The notes under the pieces: model-generated
Told to the model about the DNA's origin: nothing
Seen by the model: the letters and a program-made list of their open reading frames with translations, nothing else
Databases searched by the model: none
In this document: positions 38,104-50,189 of the stretch, piece after piece
How positions within the stretch are numbered: the first letter of the stretch is position 1
How the letters are laid out: the number at the start of each line of letters is the position of its first letter
Made by a program: the position numbers and the translations under genes
Source of the DNA: Isurus oxyrinchus
Lineage: Eukaryota
Reading direction: 5' to 3'
Length of the DNA: 64,000 bases
Assembly (NCBI GenBank): GCA_026770705.1
Contig: JANJGN010001343.1
Location: 1 to 64,000 of the forward strand

Positions 38104-39439
38104 ACTGAGCAAGAATGAGACACACACAGTGTGGGGAGAATACAGAACGGGAGAATCATTCAAAACTCCAATTTACCTTCCTAATATCCACAGGAACTCA
38201 CTCCCAGGAAATAGATTTAAACCTCTTGTTACAATCTGATGGAATTTCTTTGGAATGATCTATCCAGGATGATTGTCTGTGGGTTTCAATTCGAACATCC
38301 TCCTTCAGAATTGTCCCTCACTGTTGGAAACATCCTTCTCTCCAATCTGATTGTAAATGTCTTTAGATATCGTTCGATGATGTACCAGGACAGAACGGAC
38401 AAATTCAATCCCGTGTCCTTGATTATGAGTTAATTTTCATTCTGTTATTCACCTTCCTGTCTGTCAGTGTTTACAGAATATTCATCAGCCAGTGTAGACT
38501 TCAGGGAATGCAGGATCGGTGGATAATTGGAGCAGAAGAGATTGGTAAAATTTACTCAGCATTTTGTAGTCAAATGTATTTTCAGATATATATTTGGATT
38601 TTACACTTCATCGTTAAAGAGCAAAACCATCAGCAATCCCGGAAACAGGGAAACAATTTGATTGGAGATTTGAGAAATTCTCTGCAGCTCAGAGGATAAC
38701 AGATGTGCTACAGTGCCACCACTGGTGGCAGGACATCATTTCAGCGTGACATGTTTACATTGATGTTGCCAATGAACATAGGAAATTATGATGTGAAAAA
38801 TTGGTTGCAGGTTTACCTTCTTCAATATGTCATGGATGGATGAGACAGCTTTGACAACAGAATGAGATATAGCTGCAATAAACCATCATTTTAGTCTTTC
38901 ACACTTGGAGAGTACAATGAGCATCCATCCTGAAGGCTGAGTGGATGGGTGGACTGTGCGATGTGTTACAGATCACAGAGACCAACATCCTTGATCCTGG
39001 TTCTGCTCTGTGTTTGATGAGATACTTGGATAAAAGATTGGGAAAGTAAATAATCCTCCGGCATTAACCTGTAACTGGTCTCTCCTTCTGTCAATGTCCT
39101 GAGGACAGAATTGGGTTCGAGGTCCAAAATCAGACATTCTTTGACTGCCCATTGAATAGGAACAGGAGGAGGCCATTCAGCCTCCTCGAACCTGCTACAC
39201 AGGAACAAGAGGGCACCTGATACAAAAACAGAAAATGTTGGAGAAACTGAGTAGGTCTGGCAGCATCTGTGGAGAGATAAACGGAATTAGCATTTTGTGT
39301 CCTTATGACCCTTCTTCAGAGTCTATAAGCAAGAAGTCTGTTTCTCTCTCCACAGCTGCTACCAGACCTGCTGAGTTAATGCAGCATTTTCTGTTTTTAT
39401 TTCAGATTTACAGCATCTGCAGTATTTATTTTTAATGAC

Positions 39440-40630
39440 AGGAGGACATTCAGCCTCTTGATCCTGTTACACAGGAACAGCAGGAGGCCATTCAGCCCCC
39501 TCGAGCCTGTTACACAGGAACAGGAGGAGGCCCATTCAGCCCCCTCGAGCCTGTTACACAGGAACAGGAAGAGGCCCATTCAGCCTCTTGATCCTGTTAC
39601 ACAGGAACAGCAGGAGGCCATTCAGCCCCCTCGAACCTGTTACACAGGAACAGGAGGAGGCCCATTCATTCCCTCGAGCCTGTTACACAGGAACAGGAGG
39701 AGGCCCATTCAGCCCCCTCGAGCTTGTTACACAGGAACAGGAGGAGGCCCATTCATTCCCTCAAGCCTGTTACACAGGAACAGGAGGAGGACCATTCAGC
39801 CACTCAAGCCTGTTACATGAGGACAGGAGAAAGCCCATCAGCCTCTTGAGCCTATTATACAGGAACAGGAAAAGGACATTCAGTCCCTCAACACCCTTCC
39901 ACAGGAACAGGAGAGAGTCTCAGCTCCTCGAGCCTGTTACCCAGGAACAGGAAGAGGACATTCAGTCTCTCAACCCACTTACACAGGAATAGGAAACCCA
40001 TTCAGTCCCTCGTGCCTGTTACACAGGAAAAGGAGGAGGCCCATTCTGTTCCCTCGAGCCTGTTACACAGGAACAGGAGGAGGCCCATTCTGTCCCCTTG
40101 AGCCTGTTACACAGGTACAGGAGACCCATTCAGCCTCCACAAGCTTGTTACACAGGAACATTAGGGGCTCCATTTAGCCCCATCAAGCCTGTTACACAGG
40201 AACAGGAGGAGGCCCATTCAGCCACTCAAGCCTGTTAGATAGGAACAGGTGGAGGCCCATTCAGCCCCATGATGCTGTTACACAGGAACAGGAGGAGGCC
40301 CATTCTGTCCCCTTGAACCTGTTACACAGGAACAGGAGGCGGCCCATTCAGACCATCTAACCTGTAACACAGGAAAACAAGGAGATCCATTCAGCCTCTT
40401 GAACCTGTTACACAGGAACAGGAGGAGGCCTATTCGGACACTCGAGCCTGTTACACAAGGACAGGGGGAGGGCATTCAGCACCTGGAGCCTGTTACACAG
40501 GAACAGGAGGAGGCACATTCAGCCCTGCCAAAGACTGTTACACAGGAACAGGGGGAGGCAAAATCAGCCACACAATCATGTCACACAGGAACAGGAGGAG
40601 GCCCAGTCAAACCCTCGAGCTTGTTGCATA
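39440..40630. repeat. 43-44 bp minisatellite array (CR1 3'-tail derived)
   Basis: About 27 units of cattcagcccc(c)tcgagcctgttacacaggaacaggaggaggc. Confidence 0.95.
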
Positions 40631-40730
40631 TGAACAGTCGATGGCCCTTCAACCACATTATTGGCACGCAAAGGGTTAACAGTTTTCTAACAGTGCGAGG
40701 CAAAGAGATGCTTTCTCACTTGGTACCAAG

Positions 40731-40871
40731 CACTTCCTCATTTTGTCTCACAGTGACACATCAACCCTTTCTAATTAAATACACAGAGGGAGCAGCACAG
40801 GAAGAGGTCATTCAGCCCAAGCAGAGCGTGTGGGCAGTTCCTCCCCAGGCGAGCAGTCGGACAGGTCCTGG
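40731..40871 (+). promoter_or_regulatory. Gene C promoter / non-coding first exon with PU.1-type site
   Basis: CACTTCCTCATTTT (reverse complement AAAATGAGGAAGTG) at 40731-40744; donor gg|gtaagt at 40871. Confidence 0.65.
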
Positions 40872-41321
40872 GTAAGTAACGGAACGATTGGAATTCACTT
40901 CCACCACCAACACTGTCCTTTGTTGATGTTGTGACTTTATAAAGACAGATTCCAATGATTGATGCCTTTGAAAGATTTCTACTGATTATTGAATTCTGGG
41001 TGTGAGACTCAAGTCTGTTGTACAGAACATCTTTCTAGCTCAAGGGATGAGGGAAGTGCAGAGACATGAGCTTTGGGATGCCCTGAGATAGTGAAAGGTG
41101 CTATAGAAATGCAAATCAATCATTGTTTGTCTTACTTAAAGACTTGTAACTCTCTGCAGAGCACCTATCATCCCACAGAGAATCAAATTAGTCTGTGAAG
41201 ACATTGTCTAAAAGCAGTTCTGATCTCTCGAGAGCTGTCGGACAAGAGGTGAGGTCTCATTAACTCCTTTCTCTTTCACAGCTTGAGAGTGAGAAGTGGA
41301 TGGAATATCTGGGAGTGGACA

Positions 41322-41361
41322 ATGGTCGGGAAATCTTATTTCATCCTGTCACTTCTCCAAG
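41322..41361 (+). CDS. Siglec-like gene C: leader exon (MVGKSYFILSLLQ)
   Basis: Acceptor at 41281, ATG at 41322, phase-1 donor caag|gt. Confidence 0.8.
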
Positions 41362-42064
41362 GTAATATCATCGTCAGCTCAGACAGATTTATGGTTAATA
41401 TTCTTTGTAAAAGATCATTCTTATCTCTTTATCTCTGTAACCTCCTGCAACTCACCCAAACAACTTCCCAGATCTCTGTGTTACTGCAATTCCGGCCTCT
41501 TGACCATCCCCCGATTCCCATCACTCCAATAGTGGCGGCCGTGCCTACAGCTGCCTGGGGCCTGAGCTCTGGAATTCACTCCCTAAACCTCGGGGATGGA
41601 GGAGATCAGAGGGTTTCATTTTACTGAGAATCACCACGACCACATCACAGCTGCAGTCAGAATAGACAGAGAGTCCAGCCCTCGCACTTCCTGCACAGTT
41701 TCACCATAGCAACCACAATATGGAAATTTAAAAATACTGAAAGTTAAACTGAAGCTCAAACCAGTCAGTGTAGAGAGATGAGATGTTTACACAGTTTCCC
41801 TGTGTATCTTGTAGACACTGTGTTGGGTGGAAGACTGGCTTCACTAAACAGGGTCCTGAGGACCATGAGCCAATGTAGAATGAACTTGTCCACTCCTGTG
41901 TCCAGGATTCTCTTCCCTCCGTTGTGAAACCTTGGGGAGTTCCTTGTGTGTCCTGTAGATGGTCCTCACTGCAGCCACTGTGCCCCAGTGATGGAGGGGG
42001 TGGATATCGAGTCTAGTGGATCTACAAACCTTCCAGAGTTAAATATTGACATTTCTCTCCATAG

Positions 42065-42440
42065 TTGGACTGTCACAAGATTGAAAAGGCGACACTTCAC
42101 GAGAGGTGACAGCGCAGGATGGTTCGTGTGTACAGATTCCATGTCATTACAGTTACTTATCAAATTTCATAGGGAGATCACGTGTCGGAATCTGCTTGAA
42201 AGGAATAGATGGGAACCCACAGCCGAAATGGTCTATAGCCTTTCATTCCGAGGGTCACAGTCACAGGGATCAAAGATTCCACCATCGGACCCGGCTGTCT
42301 GGAGACCTGAAAGATGGCGACTGTTCCCTGATTATAAACAACATCAGACGGGAAGATGCAGGACCTTATTTTTTTCAGAATAGAATTTGACAATGGTCCG
42401 AGCCATAACTATTACCCTGTAACCCAGCTTCACGTTTCTG
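42065..42440 (+). pseudogene. Gene C V-set exon, inactivated
   Basis: TGG>TGA at 42082-42084; one extra T in the poly-T of YFFR (~42370) shifts the frame; conserved C-strand Trp replaced by Cys. Confidence 0.92.
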
Positions 42441-42912
42441 GTAAGTGCTGTGTTATGATTACTCAACAATTCACATTCAACACTCAATGGGAGATAACAC
42501 AAACTGTGACGTTTACATATTAACACAAAACGCAGCTTATTATAACTTGCTATCTGATTCTCAATAACCTGGTGATAGCTTCCAGTTCAGTCCTAAAGCA
42601 ACCTCTAATACTCACTTTAATATCAATGATGAAAAGCATTAACTGTATTATCAGGTTATCCACTCTCATCAATCTCTCCTGTCCTGTTTAAAAGTCTGAC
42701 GTATCGATAAAAGAAAGATGTGCATTTCTGCAGCGCAATTTACCACCTCAGGAGGATCCAAATCCCTTCACAGCCATTGAAATTATTCCTGAATTGTAGT
42801 CACAGATGTAAAACACAGCAGGCAGTTTGTGCACAGCAAGATCCAACAAACCACAAGGTGATAAATCACCCAGATCACTGAGGAAATGAGAAGCCAGTGA
42901 ACTCAAACCTCT

Positions 42913-42950
42913 GGTCTGATGAAGAGTCATACGGACTCGAAACGTTAACC
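42913..42950 (+). ncRNA. Minimal hammerhead-ribozyme-like motif in a Penelope-type repeat remnant
   Basis: GGT-CTGATGA-A-GAGTC-atacg-GACTC-GAAA-CGTTA-ACC. Confidence 0.55.
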
Positions 42951-43299
42951 CTGTCTTCCTCTCCACTGATACTGTCAGACCTGCTGAGTCTTTCCAGCAA
43001 TTTTTGTTTTTGTTTCAGATTTCCAGCATCCGCAGTATTCTGCTTTTAACTCCAATCTCTGGTCTGAGCCTCTTCTCTCATCCAGTGTTCTCAATTCACA
43101 TGTCTCGGAGTGAACGTGTATTAAGCTGAGAGACAGAAACACTACTGCCAAAGAGCAAGAAAATCTCTCCTGATCATTGTAACCTCTCAGTTCTGATATC
43201 ATCCTTGTAAAAGTGCTTTCTCTTGTGGGACTGTGGTTTCTATTTGAACTGATGCTTCACATTATATTTCTCTAAAAGGACCCATTCTCTGTCTGTTAG

Positions 43300-43596
43300 A
43301 TTTCACAGATAAACCCACGATATTCCCTGCTGAAATTATTGCAGGAAAGCGTGTGGATGTAAGCTGCAACATCAATACAACGTGCAATGGAACAGCAGCA
43401 CCTGTCTTAACCTGGGACACTCCCACTGACGTACCTGGATCAGTCTCAAACACTGTAACTCAGCATGGTGTCACTCTGACCTATACTTCTGTTCTGACCC
43501 TGATCCCATCACTCAAACACCACGGACACACACTCAGCTGCAGAGTGAGATATCCATCTGTTTCATCGGAGCGGACCCTCGTACTAACTGTGCAAG
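43300..43596 (+). pseudogene. Gene C first C2 exon (open frame, within a pseudogene)
   Basis: 297 nt, AG/GT, nearly identical to the exons at 30480 and 58882. Confidence 0.9.
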
Positions 43597-43919
43597 GTAA
43601 TTACATACACCTTTCATTCTACATCAGCACTCCCTCAGCGCTGACCCTCTGACAGTGCAGCCCGTTCTCAGTGTCCACATTCTCAGACCTCTCAAAGTGC
43701 TTCACAGTCGATTGAAGTTAATTGATCTTTATTTGATTATTGCTGAATAAAGAGACAAGCTGTCTAAAGTTTACATCTCGCACACACCATTCTCCATGGC
43801 AACACGTCCACCTATCAGAGACCACTTGCCAACCAATCAGCACTCTCTTCCCATTAAGTATAAATTGTGGTTCACTTTCTGTTGGTAATCCTGCGAACGG
43901 GCTTCTTGATTCCTGCCCT

Positions 43920-44072
43920 GACATCTTAATGTCCAAATGAACAGAACAAGTTCCAACAATGAGCTGTGGTTGGTGATTCCTCCCATTACATATCGGGACA
44001 CTGGAGACTATCAGTGTGTGGCAGAGAATGAACATGGAGCAGTGGAGGGGTTCATAACCGTCACTGTGGAAC
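43920..44072 (+). pseudogene. Gene C second C2 exon, 5' part and acceptor replaced by a foreign ~185-bp repeat (43735-43919)
   Basis: Homology resumes at gacatcttaatgtc (HLNV) and runs to gaac|gt. Confidence 0.88.
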
Positions 44073-45743
44073 GTGAGTGTACACAGACTTCAACATCTGT
44101 CTCAGATTCAAACATTGCACAAACACACACAAATATACAGAACTAAATAGACACATGCAGACACACATGTATGAGCAATTACAAAGACACACTCACGAAC
44201 AAACACACTAGCACACACTCCCCTGTGCCTTACCTGAGTACTGCACTGGAGAGTTGGCCTGGATTCTGGGATTTGTGTTCCCAATCATGTTTATGGAAGA
44301 ATATGGAAATTACAAAGTCTATTACAGACACTCAGATGCATAGAGACACTCACAGATACTCTCTGCCTCTCCAACTCTCTCTCTCCCTTTAAGAAGCTTC
44401 CTGAAAGCTAACCCTTCGAACAATCACCGGCCCCAACTCCTCCTTATCTGATTCTGTGTGATTTTGTTTGTGTATCTGAGAGTAAGAGAGAGGTGGAGAG
44501 GTTTAGTTAGAGAATTCCTGCTGGTGAAAACCTTACATCACTTACTCACCTTTCCAGTGCACATATTTCCCAGTATGTCCAATGCCCCTGTTTATAATGA
44601 TGACTGCCTATGTAAACATCACACTGTAGTTACAGTCTCCCACCAGTGGTGGCATTGTAGCACTTAATCCTTATGTTTCCCAGCTTTTCAAGCAACTCCA
44701 CTTCCCAGTTTGCTACACAAGCTGTGAGTTCATCAGAATTAAATTATTTCTCAAATGATAGATTTGATCATTCATTTTATTGAAAACTTCCTCAGTGCCT
44801 CCCTGAAGGGTTTACACTCTCTGGGAAGCAGGAATAGGCTGGATGTTGGGGAGTTCATCTTTTCCCAGAGAGTAGGGATCCTTGAGAATGTGCTGTCAGT
44901 GGGTGTGGTAGTTCCTGTTTCTCTGTCGCCTTCAAGAGGGATCTGGAGCGGTTACTGACTGGGGGAGAGATCATGGAAGCGGAGAATGATACAGCACAGG
45001 AGGAGGCCATTCAGCCCATTGTGCCTGTGCCAGGTCTTTCAATGTTCTATCCAATCAGATCCACTAACCACCACTCCACTTTGCCCCATCTTCCTCCTTC
45101 AAGTGTTTATCCAATTTCCCTTTTGAAAGTTCCTATTGAATCTGCTTCCACCGCCCTTTCAGGCAGCACCTTCCAGATCACAACAACTCGCTCTGTCAAA
45201 ACAAATTCTCCTCATCTCCCCCTCCAGTTGGTCAATCTGTGTCCCTCTGGTTACCAACCCTCCTGCCCCTTAAATACATCGATACTGTTCACCTCAACCA
45301 CTCCCTGTGGGAGTGAGTTCCACATTCTCCCCTCTCTCTGGGTAAAGATTGGAACTGTTTATTAAGCAGGGGGTGTAAGTCCGTGGGGGAGTCCATCTCG
45401 ATTCTGCCCGATTCGCACACGCGTTCGAGATGGATTTCCACCCTGCACTAAACGTTTCCAGAATTTTCTACAGCACAATCCTGTACACAGCGATGGAGAG
45501 AAACATTGGACAGGGAGTCCAACAGCACAATGATCCATTCTCACCAATGTTCCACGCTAAGGGGAAAGTTCCGATTGTCCACTCTTAGAGTATTTACAAT
45601 GAAAACATTCATTCTACATTGAATCCCAGTGGATGGGTCAATATTACAGCAAATGTTGCAGTGATATGAAGCTTGATTGTTCAGCCAGAGTGAGAGATTG
45701 AAAGCGGAGAGTCAGTGATGATTTCTTTCTGTGTGTTCTCTAG

Positions 45744-45883
45744 ACAGTGGAGGAGAGATTCTGCACGTGATCCTGATCCTGGGAATACGAGCTGTGATAT
45801 TCCTTGTGGCTGTGGTTATCACTATCGCTGGAGTCTGTGTCTGGGAGAGACAAACAGTGAAAGGAAGTCGACAGCCTGTTTGA
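45744..45883 (+). pseudogene. Gene C TM exon with intramembrane Arg (intact frame)
   Basis: SGGEILHVILILGIRAVIFLVAVVITIAGVCVWERQTVKGSRQPV*; inverted twin of 25297-25436. Confidence 0.85.
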
Positions 45884-46009
45884 AGCTTTGTACAGCAACA
45901 ATCTGGTCAGTCAGTGCGGACAAATAACGTGTGATGTTGTGTTAAGTTGTAATGAAACTGGTCAGTGTCCTGGTTAGAATCACCTTCCTATCAGAGAGGC
46001 ATTCCAGCA

Positions 46010-46600
46010 CAGTAGGAGACCATTCAGCCCATTAAGTCTATGCTGTCTCTATGTAGAGCAATCCACTCAGTCCCATTCCCCCGCTCTATCCCCGTATCCC
46101 TGCATGTTTATTTCCAAGTGTCCATCCAATTTCCTTTTGAAATCGTTCATCGTCTCCACTTCCACCATCCTCGTAGGCAGCGAGTTCCAGCTCATTACCA
46201 CTCGCTGTGTAAAAAAGTTCCTCCTCACATCCCCCCACTGCCCACAACCTTCAATCTGTGTCCCCCAGTCCTTGTCCCATCAGCTAATGGCAACAGCTTC
46301 TCTTTGTCTACCGTATCTAAACCCATCATCATCTTGTACACCTCGATCAGATCCCCCCTCAATCTCCTTTGCTCCAAGGAGAACAACCCCAGCTTCTCCA
46401 ACCCAACCTTGTAGCTAAAATCCCTCATCCCTGGACCCATTCTGCTCAATCTCCTCCCCACCCTCTCAAGGACCCTCACTTCCTTCCCAAAGTGAGGAGA
46501 CCAGAACTGGACACAATACTCTTGTTGTGACCTAACCAGAGCTTTATAAATGTTCAGCATAACCTCCCTGTGTTTGTACTCAATCCCTCGATTTATGAAA
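46010..46600 (-). mobile_element. CR1 LINE 3' fragment (inverted duplicate of 24575-25170)
   Basis: Same translation and same junctions as the first copy. Confidence 0.92.
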
Positions 46601-48560
46601 AACTTATTCTTTCCATCAGCACAAACAGCAATTTCCAAGCGGACTCCCATCAGCAGACAGAGTGCAATGAAACATCGGCATGCCTGCTTCTTAATGTACG
46701 GAGAGAAACCTGGAACGAGAGATTCTCCTTCTTCTCCTCAGCAAGCTGAAACTTTTCCTTATACCTGGTGCTCCCCAGTCCTGCTGTGTGGACACATCAT
46801 AACCACGGCATTGTCTGGCTGTGTGCAGCCAACATGGTCGAATAGGAATGAACAGAAATGTGACATTGCTAAACTCTGTTCTCTGATTGGAATGTGCTTT
46901 CTGAATGCTGCACCTTTTTCATGCTGCGATAGATTGTAAGAAGCATTTGGGTTATGAATAAAATTACATTGATTAACACAAGTGATTAAAATGTTCAGCC
47001 TTTTCTGTAGATACTTATGGATTAAAATTCTTATTTTGCTGCCAGATTCTTGGCTCAAAGACATTATTTCATGTTGTCACTTTTTCCAGTCAGATGAATT
47101 CCTGTGGCCATCTTTATAATGGAAATTTTCAATGTAAACACGTCACATTGCAGCTCCACACTCCTGCCAGTGGTGGTGCCATTCCAAAACTGTCTTGCTG
47201 CACCAACACAGTGAGAATTATTCTCGACATGTACATGATGTTGTTGTTACACAGACATCAGGCGGAATCTTGGGCTGTGCCTAGAATGCACTTAGGACAT
47301 TGCAGACCACGCACAGAACTGACAGTGCAGCGTTTCCTCAGTGCTGACCCTCCGTCAGTGCAGCGCTCCCTCATTACTGTCCCTCTGACAGTGCTGCACT
47401 ACCTCATTATTGACCCTTTTCAAGTGCAGCACCCTGTCAGCACTGACCTTCTGACAGTGCAGCACACCCTCATGGCTGACAATCTGACAGTGCAGCACTC
47501 CCTCAGTACTCATCCACCCACAGTGCAGCACTCCCTCAGTACTGATCCTCTGACACTGTATCCCTCCCTCACTACTGACCTTCCGACAGTTCAGCACTCC
47601 CACGGTACACACCTTCTGACAGTGCAGCACTCCCTCAGTACAGACTCTCTGACAGTGCAGCACTCCCTCAGTACTCACCCTCCCACAGCGCAGCCCTCTC
47701 TCAGTACTCACCCTCCCACAGTGCAGCACTCCCTCAGTACTCACCCTCCCACGGTGCTGTTCGAGTTGATTCAATCAAGACTGGTGCCCAAAGAGGGAGG
47801 TTTCAATGCTAAATCATTGAATCGGTGAAAATTATTTTTAGGCTTACGGGAACAAGACTTAGTTCCTCAAATCCTTTCTTTTGCAATAACACACAGTACA
47901 AGAATTCTGTTTAAATAAATTCCAGTTAAACTTTGCCATGAAAGGATATCTTCTCACACTCGGCTCTACCTCAGTACTAACCCTCCCACAGTCCGGCACC
48001 CCCTCAATACTGACCCTCTGACTGTGCGGAACTCACTCAATACAGACCCGCCGACAGTTCAGCACACCCACATTACTGACCCTCTGACAGTGCAGCACTC
48101 CCTCAGTACTGAACCTCTGACCGTGCAGCACTCCCTCATTACTGACCCTCTGACAGTGCAGCACTCCCACATTACTGACCCTCTGACAGTGCAGCACTCC
48201 CTCATTACTGACCCTCTGACAGTGCAGCACTCTCCCATTACTGACCCTCTGATAATGCAGCACTCCCACATTACTGACCCTCCCACAGTGCAGCACTCCC
48301 ACAGTAGAGTCCCGCTGACAGTGCAGCACTCCCTCCGTAATGATAACAGGGGTCGTTGAAATGTATCATACGGCCCGAGACCTGTATTGGGGACTCTATC
48401 GCCTGAGTTTCAGCCTCTGTGGTGAGGGGGAGGAGTCTAATCCCACGGAGCCAATGGAGAAGCTTCATGACTACAGCTGCCCAAATATGAGCTGACAGAT
48501 CACACATGGTAAACGTTTTGCTGAGAGCACAAAACATCCTCGATCTTCTCACTGATTACC

Positions 48561-48701
48561 CACTTCCTCATTTTGTCTCACAGTGACACATCCACCCTTT
48601 CTAATTAAACACACAGAGGGAGCAGCACAGGAAGAGGTCATTCAGCCCAAGCAGAGCGTGTGGGCAGTTCCTCCCCAGGCGAGCAGTCGGACAGGTCCTG
48701 G
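48561..48701 (+). promoter_or_regulatory. Gene D promoter / non-coding first exon with PU.1-type site
   Basis: CACTTCCTCATTTT at 48561; donor at 48701. Confidence 0.65.
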
Positions 48702-49151
48702 GTAAGTAACGGAACGATTGGAATTCACTTCCACCACCAACACCGTCCTTTGTTGATGTTGTGACTTTATAAAGACAGATTCCAATGATTGATGTCTTTG
48801 AAAGATTTCTACTGATTATTGAGATCTGGGTGTGAGGCTCAAGTCTGTTGTACAGAAAATCTTTCTAGCTCAAGGGATGAGGGAAGTGCAGGGACATGAG
48901 CTTTGGGACGTCTTGAGGTGGTGAAAGGTGCTATAGAAATGCAAATCCTTTAATGTTTTTCTTTCTTAAAGCCTTGTAACTCTCTGCAGAGCACCTATCA
49001 TCCCACAGAGAATCAAATTAGTCTGTAAAGACATTGTCCAAAAACAGTTCTGATCTCTTGAGAGCTGTCGGACAAGAGGTGAGGTCTCATTAACTCCTTT
49101 CTCTTTCACAGTTTGAGAGTCAGAAGCTTATGAAGTATCTGGGAGTGGACA

Positions 49152-49191
49152 ATGATCGGGAAATATTACTGCCTCCTGTCACTTCTCGAAG
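49152..49191 (+). CDS. Siglec-like gene D: leader exon (MIGKYYCLLSLLE)
   Basis: Acceptor at 49111, ATG at 49152, phase-1 donor gaag|gt. Confidence 0.8.
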
Positions 49192-50189
49192 GTAATAACG
49201 TCGTCAGCTCGGACAGTTTTTTGGCTAATAGTCTTTGTAAAAGATCATTCTTATTGAGTGTGATTGGGAACCGATTCAGCAGTGAGCCAGTGAACAAACT
49301 GACACCAAGTCCCATTCATCCATCACCCCTGTGCTCACTGATATACACTGACTCCCTGTCTGACAGCAGAATTGGAGGAGAATAGAGATCTCAGAGGGTT
49401 TTAGGGTTGGAGGAGGTTACACAGATAGAGAGTGTAGAGGGGGGATGGTGGGGTAAGAACTCGATGATGAGAATTTGAAATTTGAGTCATTGCTGGACTG
49501 GGAGTCAGTGTAGTTCAGCCAGTGACAGGGGAGCGATCCGCTGAATAGAGAATCAGGAATACCAACTGGGGGATGAGGTCTATCCTGATGCTGGGACTCG
49601 GATAACAATGTCCTGAAATTTTGTGTCTTTTGCTGATTTTGTCAGAATTTCCCATGAAGACAACACAGCAGCTCCTAGAATAGACAGGCTGTTCAGTGTC
49701 ACACTTCCTGTCCATCCTCACCATGCTAGAAACTTCAATAAGGGAGCAAGATAACTGAAAGAGAGAAGGAAGGTAAAGCTGTCTGTGTGTAAAACTGTCA
49801 AATATTCTGAGTTATCATGATTGTTTCTGATCTGCTGCAGAGTTTAAAGTTCTCAGAACATTAGCACTTTGCAGCTCAGAGAGAGACCATTGACTCACTG
49901 CCTGAAAGGGCGGTGGAAGCAGATTCAACAGGAACTTTCAGAAGGGGAACTGGATAAATACTTGAAGGGGACATTTTGCAGGGCTGTGGAGGAGAGAGCA
50001 GAGGTTAGAGTGGGACTAATTGGACAGATCTTTCAAAGGCCCAGCACAGGCTCGATGGGCCAAATGGCATCCTTCATTTCCGGATCATTCTACAATCTGA
50101 TAAATTAAGCCCCACATCAGTAACTCTTCAGGCTCCTGCTGCAGGGATGGATCTTTGAGAAGGACAGGGAACAAGAGGTTCCTGGTATC

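Noticed and set aside
38712-38732. CTCF site in gccaccactggtggcag
   Set aside because: Spacing does not fit the CCASYAGRKGGC core.
40749-40780. CACAGTG heptamer as a V(D)J recombination signal
   Set aside because: No ACAAAAACC-like nonamer at 12 or 23 bp, and the V exons are complete, spliced Siglec-type domains.
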